From NCBI GenBank assembly GCA_035291025.1, contig DATDTB010000059.1:1-36711 (forward strand): a DNA stretch of 36,711 nt, read 5' to 3'. Positions 32,176 to 36,711 of the stretch are shown in pieces. The notes beneath the pieces are model-generated. The model was given only the letters and a program-made list of their open reading frames with translations, had not been told where the DNA came from and did no database searches. A program made the translations under genes and the position numbers. How positions within the stretch are numbered: the stretch's first letter is position 1; every line of letters starts with the position of its first letter. This DNA is from an archaeon (lineage in GTDB: Archaea > Iainarchaeota > Iainarchaeia > JAFGOX01 > DATDTB01).

Positions 32176-32802
32176 CTAGGCAGCCGGCGTTTCTTGTTCT
32201 TTTTCCTCGGGCTTGGTTATGACTGGTTTGGGCCTTGAGAGCAATTCCGTTTTTCTCACTTCTATTCTTTTCACTGGCGCGACTTTCCTGCAAGAACCCA
32301 GCAGTTGAGTGCTGAGCTTTCCGTAAGCCACTTCTTGAATGAAGTCCGAGTATTGTTTTTCCTTGGCGACGTTTTTCACTTCCAGCGACAAGGCGTTCCT
32401 GATGGCCGTCCTTTGAGTTGTTGTCGCCCGCTTTGCAGTGAAGACGTCCGTTTTCACTCTCACCACTTGGCTGTCCTTCGTGGAAACGTCTTCGACCACT
32501 TCAATCTTTGACCTGCGCCTCCTGGTAAGCCTCTTGATGACGGACGGCGCGACTTCTTGTTCCGAGACAGTGGTGTTTGCCTTGTCTCCCTTGACGTCCG
32601 TGACATAGAACTTTATGCGAGTGCCTTGAAGAGTGAGCTTGCCCGTCAAGTCCCTCATGTTCAGCACTGTGGTTCTTCCAAGCAAGTCTTTTGGGTCTTT
32701 TGCCAGCGTGACCCCGATGTTTACGGAGTTGAAGTACTCTGGCGCGACTATGTAATACTCTTGCTTTGCCTTCTTCGAGCTTGTTCCTTTTCCTTTTGCC
32801 AT
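32176..32802 (-). CDS. rps3ae: 30S ribosomal protein S3Ae (eS1)
   Basis: MAKGKGTSSKKAKQEYYIVAPEYFNSVNIGVTLAKDPKDLLGRT... is collinear with archaeal eS1. Confidence 0.85.
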   Translation of the reverse strand: MAKGKGTSSKKAKQEYYIVAPEYFNSVNIGVTLAKDPKDLLGRTTVLNMRDLTGKLTLQGTRIKFYVTDVKGDKANTTVSEQEVAPSVIKRLTRRRRSKIEVVEDVSTKDSQVVRVKTDVFTAKRATTTQRTAIRNALSLEVKNVAKEKQYSDFIQEVAYGKLSTQLLGSCRKVAPVKRIEVRKTELLSRPKPVITKPEEKEQETPAA

Positions 32803-32806
32803 TTTT

Positions 32807-33058
32807 TCAAATCACGTTTTTTTTCAGTATTACTTTTTCAGCGCCCTGCTGCGCTTTTAGCACGTCGTCAATTGTTGCCAGCGCCCTTCCAATGCCTTCC
32901 ACTTCCACGCGCGTTTGAACGCTTTTCCCTTGGCGCCTTGTTTGTATTGCTTCCCTTAGTTCCAAGTTGTCGGGCTCGAGGGCACGTGCAATGCTTTCCG
33001 CTTCCATTGGCGTTTCGTACTTGCTTGAAATGGTTGCTTTTACTTTCAATGTCCTCAC
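32807..33058 (-). CDS. pcc1: KEOPS complex subunit Pcc1-like
   Basis: 83 aa. LKVKATISSKYETPMEAESIARALEPDN...VEVEGIGRALATIDDVLKAQ fits the Pcc1/CTAG fold pattern. The GTG start overlaps the uS15 stop (GTGA). Confidence 0.55.
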   Translation of the reverse strand: MRTLKVKATISSKYETPMEAESIARALEPDNLELREAIQTRRQGKSVQTRVEVEGIGRALATIDDVLKAQQGAEKVILKKNVI

Positions 33059-33510
33059 TTCACTAGCAGCGCCGCGCGCTCGGGCGTGTACCTCCAGTCC
33101 ATTGGGAGTACCCCCGTTTGCTGGTAGTACTTCACTAGCCTCTTTATCTTTGACTCAATTGATTCAAGGCCCCGCTTTGAGTGGTTGTCTTTCTTGTTTT
33201 CGCTCAAGTGCTTCTGCACTTTCACGGCTTTTACTATCAAGTTCATCAAGTTTTCAGGAAGTTCGGGCGCCAAGTTCCCTTCCCTTAGCATGTCAGTGAC
33301 GGTCTTTCCGGTGACGGCCTTGGCTGAGGGCACCCCATGCAAGTCCCTTAAAACCAGGCCTATTTCGCTTGGCTTCTTGCCCTCTTTTCCGAGTGCCACG
33401 ACTAAGTCTTTCACTGAATTTGCGTCCATTGACACCCATTCAGGCAGCGACGTGATCACCGGCTTTTTCGAGCCGGCCCTTCCGCGTTTCCTGGAATGCA
33501 TCTTGGCCAT
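33055..33510 (-). CDS. rps15: 30S ribosomal protein S15 (uS15/S13e)
   Basis: MAKMHSRKRGRAGSKKP...EIGLVLRDLHGVPS...NKKDNHSKRGLESIESKIKRLVKYY. ATG at 33510. An upstream in-frame ATG at 33561 adds 17 non-conserved residues. Confidence 0.9.
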   Translation of the reverse strand: MAKMHSRKRGRAGSKKPVITSLPEWVSMDANSVKDLVVALGKEGKKPSEIGLVLRDLHGVPSAKAVTGKTVTDMLREGNLAPELPENLMNLIVKAVKVQKHLSENKKDNHSKRGLESIESKIKRLVKYYQQTGVLPMDWRYTPERAALLVK

Positions 33511-33666
33511 ACAAACTTCAACTCTTGCATTGCGCTGTTTTCTGAGTGATTTACCCAACATTGCAGCAGCCCGCGCACAGGTTGCGCGAACCGCGTCACA
33601 AGTTGGCCTTTGAACTATAGAACTATCCAGTAAGGGGTGGCAACCTTTTTTAAAGCCATTCCCCCT

Positions 33667-33870
33667 TCAAGGCGCCGGCTTGCCAACCCCAGCTTTCTTT
33701 TCCAGCTGCCTCTTCAGTAACTCCGTTATTCTTGCATCGGCTTCTGGCGTGTTTAGCTTTGCAAGCCTAGCCAGCTCCCTTGAATCCGTTTCGCTTGGCT
33801 GCCATTTCCATTCAATCCTTTGCCTCGGCGTCCTCACCGCCTTCTTTCTTGGCGTGGCTCCAACCATCAT
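33667..33870 (-). CDS. Small basic protein, possibly ribbon-helix-helix (hypothetical)
   Basis: 67 aa. Basic N-terminus, then a predicted strand-helix-helix pattern RIEWKW / ETDSRELARLAKL / PEADARITELLKRQLEKK. The ATG overlaps the bud32 stop (ATGA). Confidence 0.35.
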   Translation of the reverse strand: MMVGATPRKKAVRTPRQRIEWKWQPSETDSRELARLAKLNTPEADARITELLKRQLEKKAGVGKPAP

Positions 33871-34481
33871 AAGTACCTCGCGCGTTTTTCAATTTCCTCA
33901 ATTTTTGACTCAATTCCCGAGTGAATGACGCTTGAATACCCTTTTAGCACGCTTTTCCAGGCCGCTTCGTAGAGCCTTGAATGCGTTGCGTTCAATGTCT
34001 TCTTCAAGTTCAATAAGTCAACAGCGAATTCCTCCAACTCATTTGTGGTCTTGCCCAGCCCGAAGTCAATGAAGGCCACGCGGTTTTTCTCCCCGCTCAA
34101 CAAAAAGATGTTTGACGTTGTCAGGTCGCCGTGCGTGAACCCGGAAGAATGCATTTTTGCAATGTTTTCACCCACTTCCCGGCAAACCCTTTCGGCGTTT
34201 TCCTTGCTCAGTGAATCCCTTGCCTTTTTTCCCTCGAAGAACTCAGTCACCAGGACCCCTTCACTGGGGTGCACAGAGTAAACGATTGGAACGCGGACTC
34301 CAGCGTTTTTTGCCTCCACCAACAGCCTTGCCTCTTTCCGGGTCCTTTGCCTCATTAGTTCATCGTCCAGTTCCTTCACGCGGTAAGGTTTCCGCGTTCT
34401 CTTCTTTAACGCCACCAAGCCGTGCACTTTGTCGCGTGCTTGGAACACGCGCGCTTCCGCTCCTTCCTGCAACAGCCTCAA
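33867..34481 (-). CDS. bud32: KEOPS kinase Bud32 (RIO-type atypical kinase)
   Basis: LRLLQEGAEARVF...ALKKRTRKPYRVKELDDELMRQRTRKEARLL...FTHGDLTTSNIFL...IDFGLG. The TTG at 34481 aligns with the usual M-x-L-I-x-x-GAEA N-terminus and overlaps the upstream stop (TTGA). A GTG at 34532 is an alternative. Confidence 0.85.
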   Translation of the reverse strand: MRLLQEGAEARVFQARDKVHGLVALKKRTRKPYRVKELDDELMRQRTRKEARLLVEAKNAGVRVPIVYSVHPSEGVLVTEFFEGKKARDSLSKENAERVCREVGENIAKMHSSGFTHGDLTTSNIFLLSGEKNRVAFIDFGLGKTTNELEEFAVDLLNLKKTLNATHSRLYEAAWKSVLKGYSSVIHSGIESKIEEIEKRARYL

Positions 34482-35740
34482 CTGCTCACTTCCACCACAA
34501 AGGGAATGACTTTGGACGTGCAGTTGTCGCACCTAATGTAAACGGCCCCCTTCTGCGTTTGAGTTGGCCCGTTTACGAACAACGACACCCTGGCGCCGCC
34601 TTTTTCCTGCAAGTCCCCAAATTCCCTCAATGCCTTCACGCCCTGGATTTCTTGAACGCTTCCCGGCAGTCCGCCGTTCAGGCTAACGCTGGAACCCTCG
34701 TAAAACAAGTAAGCCTTGGCGTCGTAGGCTTTCGCGCTGCCGCCCACTTCGTTTAAGTCAATGTTCACCGAAAACTTGGAGCCCGGCCTTGTTTTTACGC
34801 AAACGCTTTTCGGGGACGTTGCCAGCAGCGACGGCCCTATTAGGGGCTTTTCTCCAAGGAATACGTCGGAAGCCGTTCCACTCAGGATATTCCCGTCCAA
34901 CACCAGCCTCCCCTTGATTGAAACGCCAGTTGTCAAAGACGCGTCTCCTTTGTCAATTGATATTTTTCCAATCACTTTAGTGAACTCGTTCGAAGAGTAT
35001 TTCTCGCTCCGAAGCACTTCGTGGTGGCCTGAAACCACTTCAGCCCTCAACACGTTGTTTAAAGTCACGCTCTTGGAGAACACTTGGTTTTCGTCAACTC
35101 CCTCTATTTGCGTCGAAACCCCTGTCTCAAAGTTTCCGTCGTCATCCCCGCCCGTGATCCTTAGCTTTTTCGCGTAAACCAAGAACTTGGTTATGCCAGC
35201 CGTGTTTGCGTCAAACAATAGCTCGGTTTCATTGGTGGAGGCAATGGCCAGGTTTTCGTCAACGCTTTCAATTGTCATCCGGTACGGCGACCCGACGTTC
35301 ATTGTCTTTTGCCCGCCTTCTTCTTCGTACCTGACCTTTACGTAACCGAACTTCCTTCCAGGCTCTATAATTACCTTGGTGCCGTAGCCTTCGACGGGCG
35401 CCCCGGGAATAGCTGCCTCGAATACTTCGGCTTGTATTGAGTGGGGCGTGACGTTGGCGTTCAGGAACCCTTCAACTGTGCCGTCAACTGGTTCGTATTC
35501 CTCCAAGCACTCCCTTGAAACGCATTCTTTCCCGTCCACCAGGAAGGGAATTGTTTTTTCCGCTAACTCTTGCACAGTGAAACCTTCCTTGTTTTCCAAT
35601 TGCTCCATTAAAGCGTTGCACTCAAAGCTCTCGAACGCGTCTTCCGCCCTCGGCTGCGGCGTTAGGGAAAAACAGCCCGCCAGGACAGCCAAGGCCACCA
35701 AAATCGTTGCGCTCAGCGCCTTTCCATTAATGTCATTCAT
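34478..35740 (-). CDS. Putative secreted lipoprotein (orphan), beta-rich
   Basis: Signal peptide with a lipobox-like LAGC (MNDINGKALSATILVALAVLAGCFS). A Cys-containing N-terminal module is followed by a long Gly/Ser/Val-rich region. No C-terminal TM. The gene starts 6 nt after the kae1 stop. Confidence 0.5.
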   Translation of the reverse strand: MNDINGKALSATILVALAVLAGCFSLTPQPRAEDAFESFECNALMEQLENKEGFTVQELAEKTIPFLVDGKECVSRECLEEYEPVDGTVEGFLNANVTPHSIQAEVFEAAIPGAPVEGYGTKVIIEPGRKFGYVKVRYEEEGGQKTMNVGSPYRMTIESVDENLAIASTNETELLFDANTAGITKFLVYAKKLRITGGDDDGNFETGVSTQIEGVDENQVFSKSVTLNNVLRAEVVSGHHEVLRSEKYSSNEFTKVIGKISIDKGDASLTTGVSIKGRLVLDGNILSGTASDVFLGEKPLIGPSLLATSPKSVCVKTRPGSKFSVNIDLNEVGGSAKAYDAKAYLFYEGSSVSLNGGLPGSVQEIQGVKALREFGDLQEKGGARVSLFVNGPTQTQKGAVYIRCDNCTSKVIPFVVEVSS

Positions 35741-35746
35741 TCCCCG

Positions 35747-36711
35747 TTACCTCCAGTTAATCATTACTTGGTCCGTTCTCTGAGTCGGAAGCACGACGCT
35801 TTCCTTCAGGCTCGTAGCGGCGCCGTGTTCGTGCATCAACAGCCCAGTCCAGGCAATCATTGCCCCGTTGTCCACGCAAACGCTTTTCGGGGGCACTTTT
35901 AGCTTCACTTTTCTCGGCGCGGTCATTGCCTTCATTTTCTCCCTCAAGAAAGTGCTTGAGGCCACGCCGCCCGTCAAGAGCAGTTCCTTTTTCCCCGAGT
36001 GAGCCAGCGCCCTCTCAGCAACTTCTGTTAGCATGTCAAACGCGTTTTCTGTTAGCGAGAAAGCCAAGTCTTGTTTTTTGAATTTCCCGCTTTTCAGTTT
36101 TGCGGTTGCCTCCGTTAGCAAGCCAGAAAAAGCCAAGTCCATTCCCTTTACAGTGTAAGGCAGTGGAACGTACTCCCTACCGCCCTTGACAGCCATTGCA
36201 TCTAGTACAGGTCCGCCTGGAAAGCCGTAACCAAGTTCTCTTGCGAAAACGTCCAAGACGTTTCCCACTCCCTGGTCGAGGCATTCCCCGAAAACCCTGT
36301 AACGCCCTTCCTGGTACCCTATTATTTGCGTGTTGGCCCCCGAGGCGTAAACGGTCAAGGGGTCCCTGGAATTGCACAGCTTCCTGCCTATTTCGACGTG
36401 TGCAATGCAGTGATTGACTCCAACTAAGGGAGTGTTGTTGTAAATGGAAAAAGCGCGCGCCGCGGTCGCAACCACCCTCAGGCACGGCCCGAGGCCGGGC
36501 GCCTGCGAAAAGCACACGACTCCAACGTCTTCCCTGGTGATGCCCGCTTCCTGGAACGCCTTGCTCGTTGCCTCTCCGACAACGCTTACGTGGTGCTCGC
36601 TTGCCTCCCTTGGGTGGATTCCGCCGGTTTTTGTCCTGTATTGCTTTATTACGTTTGCAAGGACCTTTCCCTTCTCGTTCAGTACGCCCACTCCGAGAGT
36701 GTGCGCGGTTC
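35747..36711 (-). CDS. kae1: tRNA N6-adenosine threonylcarbamoyltransferase Kae1, N-terminus runs off the window
   Basis: ...TAHTLGVGVLNEKGKVLANV...GGIHPREASEHH...GVNHCIAHVE...TVYASGANTQ... is the Kae1/OSGEP/TsaD pattern. The frame is open to 36711. Confidence 0.9.
   Translation of the reverse strand, partial: TAHTLGVGVLNEKGKVLANVIKQYRTKTGGIHPREASEHHVSVVGEATSKAFQEAGITREDVGVVCFSQAPGLGPCLRVVATAARAFSIYNNTPLVGVNHCIAHVEIGRKLCNSRDPLTVYASGANTQIIGYQEGRYRVFGECLDQGVGNVLDVFARELGYGFPGGPVLDAMAVKGGREYVPLPYTVKGMDLAFSGLLTEATAKLKSGKFKKQDLAFSLTENAFDMLTEVAERALAHSGKKELLLTGGVASSTFLREKMKAMTAPRKVKLKVPPKSVCVDNGAMIAWTGLLMHEHGAATSLKESVVLPTQRTDQVMINWR

Noticed and set aside
1-36711. CRISPR arrays, transposases/IS elements, rRNA, C/D-box sRNAs and known defence systems
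   Set aside because: No regularly spaced direct repeats, terminal inverted repeats with a transposase, or rRNA-like sequence was seen. RTGATGA...CTGA box pairs were found only inside coding regions. The only TA or defence-like content is the hicBA cassette.

Overview
Archaeal chromosomal window, densely packed and mostly coded on the minus strand. The archaeal assignment rests on PolD DP1/DP2, Orc1/Cdc6, TFE, aCPSF1, NAC, KEOPS (Kae1/Bud32/Pcc1), eS1, CDP-archaeol synthase and an intron-containing tRNA. The tight packing and many orphan envelope proteins are consistent with a small-genome (DPANN-like) lineage, but that is inference only. Content is mainly information processing. Replication and repair genes are dnaG (partial), hjc, hel308, orc1/cdc6 and polD small and large subunits. 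Transcription and RNA genes are tfe and aCPSF1. Translation genes are class II lysS, eS1, uS15, NAC and three tRNAs. Protein fate genes are proteasome beta, FKBP, SecF/SecD, SppA and stomatin. Also present are sepF and several orphan membrane or secreted proteins. No CRISPR array, rRNA, transposase or recognisable defence system was seen. The most unusual items follow. (1) A roughly 0.5 kb hicBA cassette is bracketed by a 16-nt direct repeat of the 3' end of the adjacent tRNA-Ser, and its HicA looks C-terminally truncated. (2) That tRNA-Ser(CGA) carries a 77-nt intron made of three consecutive A5/T5 palindromic hairpins. (3) A small archaeosortase/exosortase-like gene sits 6 nt downstream of CDP-archaeol synthase and divergent from SppA. 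(4) A co-directional string reads tRNA-Gly, Nudix, tRNA-Lys, Nudix, class II LysRS. (5) A KEOPS/ribosomal cluster has a lipobox protein between kae1 and bud32 and a small RHH-like ORF coupled to bud32. (6) sepF is followed by an orphan membrane protein with an internal duplication. All functional calls come from motif recognition by eye. No searches or folding programs were run.
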